Positions 32,834-47,900 of a stretch of 64,000 nt of DNA are shown here, one piece after another (the first letter of the stretch is position 1; every line of letters starts with the position of its first letter). The translations under genes and the position numbers were made by a program. The notes under the pieces are model-generated. The model saw only the letters and a list, made by a program, of their open reading frames with translations. It did no database searches and was not told the origin of the DNA. This DNA is from Tubiluchus corallicola (taxonomy: Eukaryota > Animalia > Priapulida), in assembly GCA_030141605.1 (NCBI GenBank), contig JAQGDQ010000212.1, forward strand, positions 318,769 to 382,768, written 5' to 3'.

Positions 32834-35800
32834 ATGTCAGGGAAAATCAAACAATACACATTAGAAGAATTGTCTAGTTTTACAAAATCTGAATTAAAAG
32901 AAATATTAAAGGAATATGGGGACCAAAGTTCCAACTTCCACATTAAAAGATGACATGATACATAGAGTTTTAGAGCATCAAACCACAGAGAATATGAATA
33001 ATGGTGATGCTTTACCTAACAATGCAGCTATTGGCCAAACTTTAAAAGTTATAACAGAGAGTAAAGATGAATCTACTGTTGTATCGGAGCAACCAGTTCG
33101 CAGTAAGGTGTTGAAACCAGAAGGTTTAACTGTAAACACTAATGATATGGAGGGTGCCACTCAACAAGTTGAGGTCTCTGGCTTTGAACAGCCATGGCTT
33201 CTACCAACTTCACAATTTTCTAACCTAGCAGCGTTGTTGTCAAATGTTGCTGGCGAGCTAGGTCCTTCTTTCGTCCAGACCACATCACATGAAAATGTGC
33301 AGGGTGGTTCCAAACAGCAAGAACTGTCCTCAACATGTCAATTGCCCATTCAGTTACCAACTTTATAAGAGGTTTCTATGGTACCAGAAAAAGACAGAAA
33401 AGATGTTATGATTCAGCTGTTACAGGCACAAGAAAGGATCGCTGTGGCACAATTGAACTGTGAAAGAGCACGCCACCAGTCGGCAATTCTTGGGTCTTCT
33501 GCTATTTCCACTAATGCACTTGACAGTGCACAGTCCTCCAGACATCCTCGTGTAAAGATTCGATTCATTCTTATCTCGAGTATTTTGAAGCAGCTATGAT
33601 ACGCAATGGTATTAATGAAACTGATTATATGGCAAACCTAGCACCGAGTTTATCAGGTCGTGCTGCAATATGTTAACAGCAATGTCCAGTGTCTGAAATG
33701 CGAAACTATAATTTTATTAAGAAAGCCTTGATTGACACTTATGTTTTATGTAGTGACACTTACCGAGAAAGATTCCGTACTTTAAAACGCCAACCTGATG
33801 AAACTTACCGGCAGTTCTTTGTGAGAGTGGAAAAATGTGCTCATGACTGGCTCAATGCTGTTGGAGCAAACACTCGCAAGTTGGTTGTCCAACAGATTGC
33901 TCTTGAACAGATTTTTAATTCTATGCCCCCGGAAATGTCCATTCATTTGCGTACTATTGAACAGGGCAGCTATGAACATATGGCTGAATGTGCTGACCGT
34001 TATTTGGCAGCTAGGAGTAACAAGACATTTTCTTTCAGAAACCAGTATAGTGCAGAAGGCTTGCAATTTCAAGAGAAAAATGGTGACAATAAACAAACTA
34101 CAAATACTTTTATTATAAAGTTTCCGACAGTAATATTCATTGTTTTACTTGTGGCCTTTGGGGCCATAGAAGGGCTGACTGTGCTCAAGCAAAGTTTCCT
34201 CAGAGTAGGAGTGAGCCTATTAAGGATAAAAATTATCCTAAAAGCAAACCTACATTAGGGAAACAACCTGATAGAGCAGCGCGCCAATATGTGGGTATAA
34301 GAGAGAATACTGATTCCGCTAGCTCCTCTGATCAATGTGTAAATGACGATAACAAAATACCTGCACATACTAAACCATTTTGTTTCCCTGTTTGTGTCAA
34401 TGGTTATGACCTTACATGCCAAAGAGACAGTGGTGCACATATGTCCATTTTGTATTCCAAGTATGTTCATCCAAGACAAAGAATACCAGACACTTCCGCT
34501 AAAATAGGATGCATACATGGTGATGTTAAAAGCTACCAACTTGTCAAAGTAGTTGTAGAGAGTGACCGTATTTCTGGTTGGTTAACTGTGTGCATTTCTA
34601 ATGCTGCCCCGATCCCATTTTTGCTTCTTGGTAATGATATCGAAACAGCTTATGAACCTTTTCCTAGTTCTTCAATTACATTACCTGATGCTCTACTCTG
34701 TGATCAATCTGTATCTCAGTCAGATCCTGGGCAGTCTGTTTCCATGGGCCGAAATTCACAGCCTACCTATGTTGCAACAAGGTCTCAAATAGCACGCATA
34801 GAAGCTGAAACAAGGCATCAAAGGGAACTTGAAGATGAACTCCAAATGGATGCTGCACCCCATTCTCATCAAGTAGAAAAGAACACTTTGGATTATCAGA
34901 AGCTTCTAGAATCTAATAGGCAAAAACTCATACAGGAACAAAAGGAAGATATATCTATACGTAATATCCGTGATCGTGCTGGTACGGAAGCTGAGGCGCA
35001 AGCTGTTGGTAAAGGGTATTACATACGTGACAATATGCTATTTTACTTGGGTCGTGAGCGACGTGGTGATACACCACATGAGTTATTGGTAGTACCTAAA
35101 TGTAGACGTCGTGAAATTTTGCACTTGGCCCATGATAATCCATTAGCTGGTCACATGGGAGTAAAGAAAACTTTACATCGAATTTTGGCAGAATATACCT
35201 GGCCTCACCTGAAGCGCACTGTGCAGCAATACTGCAAAACTTGCCTTCCTTGTCAAAAGTCTTCACGTGTAAAAACTTCTGAACGTGCTAGATTAAGACC
35301 CCTTCCAATCCCTTTTCACACTATTGGTATGGACCTTATTGGACCCTTATGTACTTCTCGGACACCTAGTGGCAATCGATACGCATTAGTAATTGTTAAC
35401 CATGCTACAAGGTATCCGGATTGCTATCCTTTTTCTAATATTGAAAAGACCACAGGTGTAAAAGCTTTACTTCAGTTCATCAGTCGGTATGGTATCCCAA
35501 GACAGATTATTACTGACAAAGGTACCCATAGGTACTGTCATAGGTATTACAACCAGCCCATATCATGCTCAAGCTAGTGGTTTGGTAGAGCGTTATAATC
35601 AATCTTTGAAACATTCAATTTTGAAACTCTTGCAGGAAAAGCACCCTATTCCTTGGGATGAAATGATTCCAATGCTGTTGTTTGCATATAGAGAAGTTGT
35701 GCAAGAAAGTCTTGGTTATTCTCCAAATGAGCTTGTTTTTGGATTCAAGGTACGTGGCCCCCTTGCTGCTTACGGAGAAACACGGGGATTTGCATTTCCT

Positions 35801-36860
35801 GCCAATACTGAATCAATTGATGAACACGTTAATAAAATTATAAACTTAATTCAAGAGGCAACAGATAATGCCCATTCTGCCTTACATGATGCTCAAATAG
35901 CTCAAGAGAAATGGTTTAATAATATGGCTAGTGCACGAACTCTAGAGGTTGGCCAGAAAGTCATGCTTCTTAAACCAGCAAAACCTGGTAAACTGAATCG
36001 AGGTCCCTATGTTGTAACCGATAAGATATCAGATGTGAACTACAAAATCGGTATGGGTGGAACAGGCAGAAAGAGAAAAATTCGATCATTCCATATTAAC
36101 TTGTTGAAACCTTACCATGATCGTGAAGAGCAGTTAATTCTCTATAATGGTCGTGTTAGTCAATGTTGTTTTGGTTCTGCTGTCACTGATGATGATGACA
36201 TTTGTGATGTGTGTGTAGGCAGTAACCCTGATAACGATGAAGTTCTTGTGTATGATAGGGAACTCAGTCCTTCAGAGGTTGGACAACTTCCTGATTATAC
36301 TTTTCCCCCCTTAGCTGTGGCTACGCAGTCTTTAGAAGACATCATGTTTCCAGATTATTTGACTAAAGAACAGAAACAACAACTAAAGGTTGTTTGTGAG
36401 GAATTTGCTTCAACGTTTACTGATTTACCTGGACGTACTTCAGTCGTCCAACATCACATTAACCTGACAGATATGACACCGGTTAGGCAAAGGGCTTACC
36501 GTATCCCTTACCATTGACGAGAAATTGTCAGGAGGGAATTAAATGAAATGCTTAGGCTTGAAGTAATTCGTCGTTCAGAATCTGATTTGTCATCCCCCAT
36601 AGTTCTTGTACCAAAAGGTGATGGCACAATCCGTTTCTGCGTTGATTATCGTTTGCTGAATGCCCAAACTTCATTTAATGTGTATCCTATCCCATGTATA
36701 GACGACATCATTGATGAGTTACATAGCGCAAAATTCATATCAACACTTGATCTCAGCAAAGCCTTTTGGCAAATCGAGCTTTCAGAGGCTTCAAGGCCAG
36801 TTTCAGCCTCTGTAACAGATATCGAAAGTTTGAGTGGACCGTAATGCCATTTCGTCAAAT
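32834..36860 (+). mobile_element. Decayed Gmr1-like Ty3/Gypsy LTR retrotransposon (gag-SCAN-CCHC, PR, INT, RT), frameshifted and truncated in RT
   Basis: SCAN-like YRERFR..PDETYRQF..W..LEQIF (33689-34000); CFTCGLWGHRRADC (34141-34182); protease RDSGA; integrase H..H..C..C, MDLIGP, TDKG, VERYNQ; then RT SPIVLVPKGDGTIRFCVDYR..LDLSKAFWQI. No LTR pair recognised. Confidence 0.9.
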
Positions 36861-39402
36861 GATAAGTTATTTGAAACAAGTTTAAAAAAAATTGTGTAAT
36901 GTTTAAAAAATAATCAGAGCATTCATAGCACCTATGTCATTAACTAATTAAAATTAGAATTACTGTATCTTCTCAATAAGATTAAAAATACGTTTTTGAT
37001 TAGTGAGTGGCACACCCTGGAGGGTGAGGCAGCGACATTTTACCAATTGGTGAAAGCATTTTAAATAATTAATAATTTTCTTTTCTAGTTACATAAGTAT
37101 TTCAAGCAGGTTAGCGACATGCTAAGTAATATAACTTTGCATGGAAATTTTTTTGGGACAAAGTTTAACATTGTCTTTTCTTCCCCTGAGTCACGTTTGC
37201 GCAAGTGACATCATGTAATGGCACCATTGGAACAGTGTCGCGGAAAGTTTAAAATGAAAACAAACAGAAAATCCTTTCAGCGCGAGTAAAATATGTGCAT
37301 AAAGTTGCTAAGGAGTAATATAATTTCGTAAGGCGATTTTTCTGAAACCTACTTTAGGTACCGCCTTTCTTGACCTTTAACCCATGTAGCGCGCAACGAC
37401 AACGCGACTGCGTACAGCTGGTAACTCGCTTCACATCACATGCAGGTTTATGCGTCAGCATTGCTACCTCGGCGGATTAGTAGGTAGTTCTACTGGTAAA
37501 TATTTTTTTTAATAAATGGGACGTGCATTTTGTGTCGCTGTTTACACTTAATGACATTGCTAATCTGGCTGAATCAGATCTCGGTAGGATATCTCATATC
37601 GACCTCCTACTATGTGCTTGACCGGGACGGTCAAATATGGGTGGGAGGATTATGAGCTGAAAAGGGAACAGTGCATTATACAGTTCTATTCATAGGCACC
37701 AGGCCAGCCAACCTACAGGTAATGTTATGACCTCCACTTTCAACTAGGAAGCCCATAACATTACCTGCAATTGGTTGAGCAGTGGTTTCCTGTGGAAAGA
37801 ACGAACACGTGACATCGTCAGTTGTCTTCTAGTTGTCGTGGAATGCACTTCTTCTGTCTGCCTGCCGAGTGTCGTGGATTCTGTAAGATTTGAAGCATTG
37901 TCATCAGGTTTTGTTTTTTTCTATTGTGTTATTCTTCTCAGCCATCCCTTTTGAATTCTAAGTTTTGATTTTGTTGTTTCTTTTGTTTAAATTCTGGAGT
38001 GTCCATTACGCAGCGCTTACTCGCATCACCGATGGCGGGCCGCAAGGCTATCTACCGGGTCGAACCCCGGAACAATATAATCTTTTTTAAGCTATGCACA
38101 GCTGCATGATTGTAACTAATCCGTTTGGTTATTTTAGTGCTATTTTGGTGACGCATTTCGCTGCGCCAGTTGTCCATATTTGGACATGCCAGCATTCAAG
38201 CCAGGTGAAAAAATTCAGCTGAGTGAACGACAACTCAATCCTGATACATAGTTTGTAGAAAGTTGCAGAAGTAATTTTTAACGTTTCAACAAACCAGTTT
38301 AAAAATTAAATTACACATGCAATTAATATAGATTTGAAATTTAAGGTTGAATGAGTACAAGGAATGTACCTTGCAAAGCTAGGCAATTTTATAATTTTAC
38401 TTGTTCACGTTATTCAATTCAGTTCAGTCAGCTTTATTCAATAATAGCAGTTGAAAAGAATACATATAGTAGCAATTTCAATGTGTAATGGCAGAGCAGC
38501 AAAAGACTGTTCGCACACTAAATCAAGTGTACATTGTATGTAGAAAACAATATATGCGTGGACGACAACGACAACAACAACAACATTTGCTTATTTTATG
38601 GGAACCTGCATTTGTACGCGATTATAATTATGACAAGAAAATGACAAGAAATATCAAATTCCATTCAACTCGTAATTTAATTACTCATTCGTTTGTTCAC
38701 TGCCGGACATGTAATAATCGTTATGGCTTGCTAAATTTTGTCTAACAACCTTAAATATTTGGTTCTTCTAATATTTTAAATCCATAGGTCATTTCCGAGC
38801 ATCGCGTATTCAATTCAATTTATTTGACTAAATAATGAAAACGTATAATTCCGTAATTCATTTCTATTTGTCGAGAAGTTTCTGAAACTTACTGATTTTT
38901 TTTCTCTTACTGTGTTTGTATTAAACTTATTAGTTTTGGTTGTGCAGTAAAAGTGAATAAATTTGTCGTTATTATTGTGCTGGCCACATTTTACATGATT
39001 GTTGAGTTGTTTGGTAATGAATATTTTTTATGTTCATAATTAAGTACTGCAGAACAGAAAGACAGACAAATGCAATTATAATCAAAACATTAAAATGTAA
39101 GAGTTATGCAAATTTTACAAACAAAATACAAAGCTCTTTTAATTACAGCAGTTGTTACTAAATAATGTACCAGGTCATTCGGTGTTTCCATTTGATCAAA
39201 TTAACATTCATTTTTTCTGCCTAGGCATTAAAATTAAAACGAAATTAAAGTTTTCGATACCATCCATCATACGAAAAGTGCAATCTGCGGGAAAAATACT
39301 TGACTTGATTAACTGGTAATAAGGTCATTGTTATTTGAATAAATATATACATTAACTAATTATATACAGTTAACAAAGGCAAAAAAATGACGACAAGAAA
39401 TA

Positions 39403-41878
39403 TCAAATTCCATTCAATTCGTTTTCGAAGAACAGGCGTGCGTTCGGGTTGTACATTGCCCTCCACTTTGCCAGTCTGTAACACAATTTGAAACACAATA
39501 TTGATGGTATTGTACATATTAATGCATATGTTGTTAATAAATTATGCATTGTAATAAATTATTATGATAAAAATTTTAAATGAAACGCACATATACTTTT
39601 CATCCTTCAGATCTTGGAACATGTATTTGTATATTGTTCGGTCGTCAAGCCAAAATTTTTGCTTCTTTGGCCGTCCATGCACAGCACATAGAGTCTCATT
39701 AGCTTCGCCTAAAATGAAAAGAAAAAAACTATTCACGAAGATGTGTATGAACCTATCTTAAGAAAATAATTTATTTAATTACTCATTCGTTTGTTCACTG
39801 CCACACACATCAAACACAAATGCAAAAAAGTGGTTACAATTATACAAGAACATCATAAAACCATACAAGACAGTATTTTTGACGGACATGTATAACATGT
39901 TTAGATTATAGAGTATATATAATAAATTATCTAGCTGCTTGAATAAACCTACTAGATATCAATGTATCAGCAAACCAGCCTTAACAAACCAGTAAACGTA
40001 GCATCACATCATATCGTTTACAAAAGCTATGGAAAAAAATTACAAGTCCGGTGAGTTCCAAGGCCTAATAATATGGATCGTATAACAAATTAACGTTCAT
40101 AGTCAGTGGTCTTTGGACTTGTTGGACAAATGGATGGGTGACAGTCAGAAAATTGTTGTTCTAAGCAGTCTTGAGATCAAGTAAGAAGTTTAAATAGCAA
40201 ACATGATATATGCAAAAACAAAAATAAGATACCAGTGTGGGATCCTCCATCGAAGCATCCTTCAAGATCCCACAATGACTTTCTTTTCCATCCTCCACCA
40301 CACCTAAATTAATGAGCGCATAATTACACATTAATTGCTGTTAGAAACGTATAAAACTTTCTACAGGGTGGGCAGGAAATTTTGTCACCTGAAGATGAAG
40401 CTGCCCTGACATTTGTGCTCCATGTAATGAACGTAAGAAAACAGATTAAGAGTCTCTAACTTCATCTAAAACTTGCCACTGGCCACAGTTGTAAACTTTA
40501 AAAATAAGGCAGGAAAGGGAAGGGTGAAAAGGGGACTTCTACCAGACTAATAAGGTGTGTGCAACCCATCAAACTCCTCCAATTTTACTCCTACAGGATT
40601 AGAACTAAATGATAAAGTTCAAACAAGAGCTGCAACGTCATGTCAAAATCTGAGTTATAACTCTCATTGCCTAACGAAACGATTCTACACGGTGTCATAA
40701 CACCTCTCAGGATGGGTTGCACATCCACATTATTCCATCACTTCGATTTTTAAAACAGAATTCGACTATAGGAGCATTTATGCTATTTATCCTAAAGATA
40801 CCACCAGTTGGTCAATGGCTGCTTATAAGTATAATAGTTGCTTATTAGTTCAAAACATGCACGGTTTCTTTACCAAAAGCCCGACTGGCGTCTCATTCCA
40901 CCCTCCTAGTCACAGGTTCACCTTAAACATATAGGTCTTTGGAACGGACATACATCGGGCAAGAATCTTTTTTCATATAACAGCAGTATTTAAATATTAA
41001 AACAAATCGTGCTTCTTTTAGTTGTCGATACTTACCGTAAATAAATCAGGATCGCTGTTATAACGACTATGGATATTCCCATAACAGCAATGCCCTGCTT
41101 GTAGGCTGAAAAAGTAAATAATTTAGCTCTTATTATAAAATTGAAATATTCTATTTTTATCGATAGGACAGTCGGTAATTTGCATTCAAAGTGCCGCAAA
41201 AACAAAGAATGAGTCCGTTATAATTTACATCGCAAAAGCGCATCAGCTGTAGCAAGACTATAAGCATTAAAATTAAAAAAATCAAACTTGGATTATGAGT
41301 AATTACTAATTTTTAATTAATCATGAATTATCTAAATCTCCTGCTTGCCTACCTTCCTAATTACTTACCTATCTACCTACCTATGTACCTACCTATTTAT
41401 CTACCTACGTACGTACGTACGTACCTACTTACCTGCCTGCCTACACCCTTGACAATCCACTTGCCTAAAACTGTTTAGATATATTCATACAAGGCAAGCA
41501 GGTATGAAAACATTATTCTGTTAACTTCGTTTCCGACACACTTCAAGCTATTCTATACTATACTACTCACTTCTATTGTGATCCATTTGTGCCATTGCGT
41601 TTATTATACAGTATTTTGTTTTGTTCTTTAGTAAGTCAGTCAGCCAGCCAGCCAGTCAATAAGCAAGTGAGTGAGTGAGTGAGTGAGTGAGTGAGTGAGC
41701 AAGCGAGTGAGCGAGCGAGCGAGCAAGCAAGCAAGCAATTAAGTAAGCAAGCAAGTAAGTGGTAGGTAGGTAGGTAGGTAGGTAGGTAGGTAGGTAGGTA
41801 GGTAGGTAGGTAGGTAGGAAGGTAGGTAGGTAGGTAGGTAGTTAGGATTGTAGGTAGGTAGTTAAATAAGTAAGTAAA

Positions 41879-41968
<90 letters not shown>

Positions 41969-44900
41969 GGTAAGTAGGTAAGCAGGTAAGCAGGTAAGCA
42001 GGTAAGCAGGTAAGCAGGTAAGCAGGTAAGCAAGTAAGCAAGTAAGCAAGCAAGTAAGCAAACAAGCAAGCAAGTAATTAGTGTTCGACTATTAATTTTC
42101 ACAATTATGCAATAATTATATAATTAACTACGGTAGTGGATTACGTACTTAGTTTATTAGTTAGTTTTTGGTTGTCAGTCAGTGAGCTAAGAAGGAAGGT
42201 AGGTCGGTAAGTAGGTAGGTAGGTAGGTAGGTAGGTAGGTAGGCAGGCAGGTAGGTGGCTGGGTGGGTGGGTTTTTAGGTACGTAGGTAGGTACGTGGGT
42301 AGGTAAATAAGGAGGTAAGTAAGTAGGTAAGCAGGTCGGTAGGTAGGTAGGTGAGGTGGATCATTTAGTATAAAAATAGTATGTAGCATAATGTTTTAAG
42401 TAGGTAGGTAGATAGATAGATAGATAGGTAGGTAGCCAGCAGGTATATAGGTGGGTAGGTAAGTAGGTAGGTTAGATAGGTAGGCAGGTAGGCAATGAAA
42501 GTATGTAATCTGGTAGGTAGGCAGGTAGGTAGCTAGTGCTCCTCTGAAAATTTTCTGCGCCACTTGTACTTCTTAACGTTTTCACTGCCCAAGTGTCACT
42601 GCTCAAGTGCGCTGCCCGTTGCCCAAATGTCAACTGCCCAAGTGGCACAGCCTAGTGTTTACTGCATGAGTGCCTGCTGCCCAAATTTCCACTCCCCAAG
42701 TGTTCACTGCCCAAATGTCACTCAGCCCACATATGTTTGGCTACCACTGGACTGTCATTCACTTCCCAAGTGCCAACTGCCCAAGTGTCCATTGCCTAAA
42801 TGTCCAATGCGCTGGTGGCTTATATCCTGACAGATCAGTAACTGATTCGTAAGTCAATAACTGTTTCGTGCATGCAGTATTCGGGCAACAAAGTTCTCTG
42901 TAAGAACAACGTTAGCTTACACGCAGCTCGGTCACATGAGAGGTAGGGTCCCTCAACATCGCACACTGGTTATGACATCAAGCCAATTTTTACAAGTGAT
43001 ATTTTCTGTTGATCAGCCAAACACGTGGATTTGCCAGAGCGAAAATAGGAAGTGAGGGACAGAAACATAATAATTAGCCACTAAGACAGTTGTCGAACTT
43101 TTTCGCGCATGTTGGAAAAATGGTGAACAATTGATATATGCGTACAGAGTATAAAACTGTAGGTTCAGGCACTCTTTCAGGGTTATCATTGGATTGAAAA
43201 AACGTACCTAATATAATCTCCATTGTAATCCAACCAAATAAAAAACTTTAAATAAGGAGCGAAAGAAATGTGTATTGTCTCTTCCCTTCGCAGTCTAAAA
43301 CTCGCAGTTGTTTTGTTGCTATGAAACCTCTCCGGGTTTAAAATTATGACCCTAGTGCGTCTCCTGTTTAGGTACCTATAGCAGCAAAACACGGCGACTG
43401 ACGTAGCCATCATAACAGCTTTTATCCAAGCCCAAAGCCACACACGCGCGTACAGCATTCTGTAGAAATTATTCCCTGCTCGCCCGTGATAAGATTCGTA
43501 CTTTCTCATTTACGATTTTTAATGCAAGTCTCGATCTAGTGTCGTGCCATTGGGGGTTTATTTTTCGAATCGGGCCCATCGCGAGGAATGGGGGCAAAAA
43601 TCCTCCAAAAATGGCAATTTTTCGGCCGTTTTTTGCAAAAGTTATACGTCTGAGATCTGGAGAACGGGAACGGGCAATGGGTGGTGCTTGCTACGGATAG
43701 ATAGCCCGTTCAGCGGTCGGTGCCATAGGCGTATTTAGAATTTGCGAGAGAGCCACGGCGCCCCGCAACGGGCATTTTCCCGGACCCAACTCGAGATTTT
43801 TTTCGAAATTTTGACCAAACAGCATGCGGAAAAAACGTTCTAGCGGCGCCTGGTGGGACTCTCGGAAAGAGATATACGGCTCCTTGGAAAGAGCAAGAAC
43901 AGGGCTACACGATGGCGGGGGCTATATTTTAGGACACGTCCACCAAGAGGAGTGCCAACGAGTTAATTAGATGTTCTATTATCCGCAATTTTCGCTTAGA
44001 AAACTGTTGACGCAAAGCCATTGTTCTGACGTCATCCATTATACTCTGCTTATAACCTTTTAACTTTAATTCAGTAAAAGCTGCTACTGGCTTTGCGTTA
44101 TAAGTGAGGACTAGGTAGGATGCTCGCGTATTTTTGATTATACCTGTATTTATATGCAAATTTTTTTGCGGGGCCTTTGCTAGCACTACAATTGTGCAAC
44201 TTCCTATTTTGGTCGAAAGCACACCATGTACCAAAACATCATTATAAAATTTGTTTATTAAGGGTGAGCATTCAATGTTCGGGTTCGAACATTCGAATCG
44301 AATTCGAAAATCATAAATTAGATTCGATTTCGTTTTCTGGTAGAGAATGCTCTCCCCTAGTGTTTGTACAAATAAAATTATGTATAACTTAGAGGTGACA
44401 TCCTTCATATCTTTATGTTTTGTTGTATTGTTCTATTTTTTGTTTCTATCAGAGTCGATTTCTGTAGTGCCGGTGGTGATCTGCAATCTGGTAACTGGTA
44501 TATGTTCAACAGGTGTTAGACTAGTACACATTCTACAGGTGTTAGACTGGTACACCATCAAACAGGTGTTAAACTGGTACACGCTCAACAGATGTTAAAC
44601 TGGTACACATGCAACAGGCGTTAGAATAGTACACATTCTACAGGTGTTAGACTGGTACACCTTCAAAAAGGTGTTAAAGTGGTGCACGCTCAACAGATGC
44701 TAGACTGGTACACATTCAACACGTGTCAGACTGTTATATGTTCAAAAGATGTTAAACTGGTACACCTTCAAACAGGTGTTAAACTGGTACATGCTCAACA
44801 GATGTTAAACTGGTACACGTGCAACAGGCGTTAGAATAGTACACATTCTATAGGTGTTAGACTGGTACACCTTTAAACAGGTGTTAAAGTGGTACACACT

Positions 44901-47900
44901 CAACAGATGCTAGACTGGTACACATTCAACACGTGTTAGACTGGTATATGTTCAAAAGATGTTAAACTGGTACACGTGCAACAAGCGTTAGACTAGTACA
45001 CGTTCAACTGGTGCTACACTGGTACACGTTTAACAGCTGTTGGACTGTTACACGTTTGCGATAAAGACTATAAAAACTATTCAAATGGTTGTGGTAAATT
45101 TCATCCTCCTACTTCGAAATTAGAGCTACTTTTAACAGCAAAATTAAACATAAATTTTAATCGACATTTTTAAAAGATTTATTTTTTCTTTTTTTATTTA
45201 CAATTGTTGCATGTGTGCTGTTCTGTGATTCCCTGAAATGAAATAAAACGAATAAACAAATAGTCGTCCAGAAATTTTGATCGTTTTGATATGTCAACTG
45301 GCAGGTACAGCTCGTAGTCAGGCGTCAAAATTTTTAATTTGAAAAAAGTTTGTTGACAATAATTTGTTACGGTCCTGATCGTATTTATTTAGGAATTTAA
45401 AATCGAATAACATGTATGGATTCTAACAAAGCCCAAAAAAATGTTGGAGCAGGTGGAGCATATGTATTAAAATAATGGTGATGTTGTCAGTGGTAAAATT
45501 AATCTGATTGCAGCTAGATAAGAACAAGAGTGCAAAAGAAAGGCTTCCTTGGTCGACCGACTGGCTCTACTGACGAGGATAATTGTCTCATTTAGAGGAC
45601 AGATATATGTGTAAAGTTCGTCCGGATGACCACCATTTCGACTTGGTTTTACGCAGTCGAATGTAGGCTGAATTTTTTTCTCTTCAACTATCCATTCCAT
45701 TATACAGTTGCAGACAAACTTGGCTTCTGTAACAAGAAAGGTTTTAAACCAGGTAATGAGTTGTAAGGAATAAAGATAGTAAATTGAGAAGCAGGATCAC
45801 TACGCCACAGCTCAAACTAAGCATACAGACAGACATACAGATAGACATGAAAATCCTGTATGTCACTAGCTAGCAGGTCAGAAACTGGACATTTTGCTAA
45901 ATATCGTACCTAGCTGAAAGCGTTCAGTTTTATGTACTGTGTTTCCTATCGGTAAAACATGGCAAAAATGTGAAAACTGTAAAAACTAGTTCTCGTTAAC
46001 GAATGCGTGGTTTGTTTGATATCTCGCACTTCCTATTATCTGACAATAAATGACAAAACTTATAAGTACCCACTGACGTATGCTGTGGTAACAAGTTTAC
46101 CACAAATTATCCATACACTCAAAAACATTATTATTTAACTGAAATTCAACTGGAATAACTTCCCAGATGTTCGCATGAAACGTGCGCATATCTGAACCTG
46201 GTTCAGAAAAAACAATTAATTTAAAGAAAAACACAGTTATATAGGGTGTAAAACAGAGCTTCAGCCTTCAGGATAAAACTGAACAAAGAATTTGATTTTA
46301 ATATCTAAAGTTATGTTCTCTCGACACATCAAATTTTGCCCATAAAGCTTAGCTCTTTATTTTTCCACGTAGACTGTTAAGAACGGTTCCGCGAGAGCAC
46401 CATGCAGGCGGTGGCACATGAGGGGTGACGAATTTATATCATTTTTTTAACATGAAGGGCGACCCGCCAGAACCATGTAACCAAGATATCAAATCGATCG
46501 AGCTACTATTGGCAGAGAAATGACCACATGAAGAAATTGACCTCAAAAGTGGCAAAAATTCGCTATTTTATGGCGTTATTTTAACTTTTTCTCCTGTATA
46601 AACTATTATAGATGGGTCGATGTAAGTTGGCCGGTACATAAACCTAAACATTGTCTTCTGATATCCTAACTTTTTCTGACATACTATTAATAGTATCAGA
46701 GAACGGGATTTTTCAAAATCTTTGTTAAGAGTCCAGGGAGAGGTTAAGTTGTAAGGCTCATAACTCGATCACTGCGGGGCTACAGAACTTCTGGTTTTCA
46801 TGTATGTGTTAACCATCGTCCTCACTAATATTATAAAAAAGAAAATTCGCTCGAGCCTGTTTCAGTATTTAGTACTAGCACTTTAATATTCCACAACAAT
46901 CAGCAAAATTCGCCTTTTTTGTATTTTTTCTATATTTTTTCTATCTAAATGCTGGATTATAAGTGACAAATCTGTATTCCAAATTTCATGAAAACGCACG
47001 AGCTGAGATAATATCATGCATGACATTATATAGAGGGGGCACTGTTAGAAAAACTGCCATATCAACAAACTTTTTTACTTTCCATAGTAATTCCGTCCAT
47101 GTGTAAAAAGTAGACATACTTGGCTCAGGTCGTATATGACAGTAAACATTTAGCCACGTTTAACCTGCGTTTTCTGTGACTAGTGCTCTCATTTCCTAGT
47201 AGCAATAGATTCCTTTGCCATGGAAATTGCAAGAAATTTGCGAATTTCATCTTAAATTGGTTTAGTTATGTCGGAATTTTCATATGACTACAAATATGAA
47301 TAATTGCCTCTTCTGACAGATTTCGGACAGGACATCATGCATGCCCCTAGTACTGAGTCCGACCCTGATTCACGGCATTCTCTACACACTGAATCGCTAA
47401 TGGATATCAGGAAAGACTAAACAATAAGCCATCTATTAGAAAAGGAGTACCGATTGTTAAGACTGAGAGTCATTGCTAGCGAAAGAATCTGAAAATTCGG
47501 TATATACATGTAAAATAGAAATCTGTTCATTTTTTATACATCTATTCATTTTTTATACTTTTTATATGAATAAGCTTTATGGCTTTATAGAGAAAGAATT
47601 ATCGATGCAGGTAGATTAGCACTAGAAGATAGATACAGAAATATAGACAAATATATCATGGGGAAAGTGATAAAGCAAAAATCTTACAGTCTAAACATGG
47701 GACAATATAAGCGTATGGGCCGCTTCTAGGGGGATGGCGGTGACATTTAGCTCAGAAAATTTTTCTTCGCCCAAAATTTATTTGTGGCACAAAATCGATA
47801 CTTCTGTCAAAAAATACTAATAGTGCGATTGAATGACTGCGCCAATGGCACAAAAATTTTCGATGTTTTACAGTCAAAAAATCACAGGACAAATGATATT

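Noticed and set aside
43186-43509. ORF with hydrophobic VWLWAWIKAVMMATSVAVFCC as the receptor TM exon
   Set aside because: The homologous region in copy B has an in-frame TAG and a frameshift; a better TM exon exists at 41036-41105.
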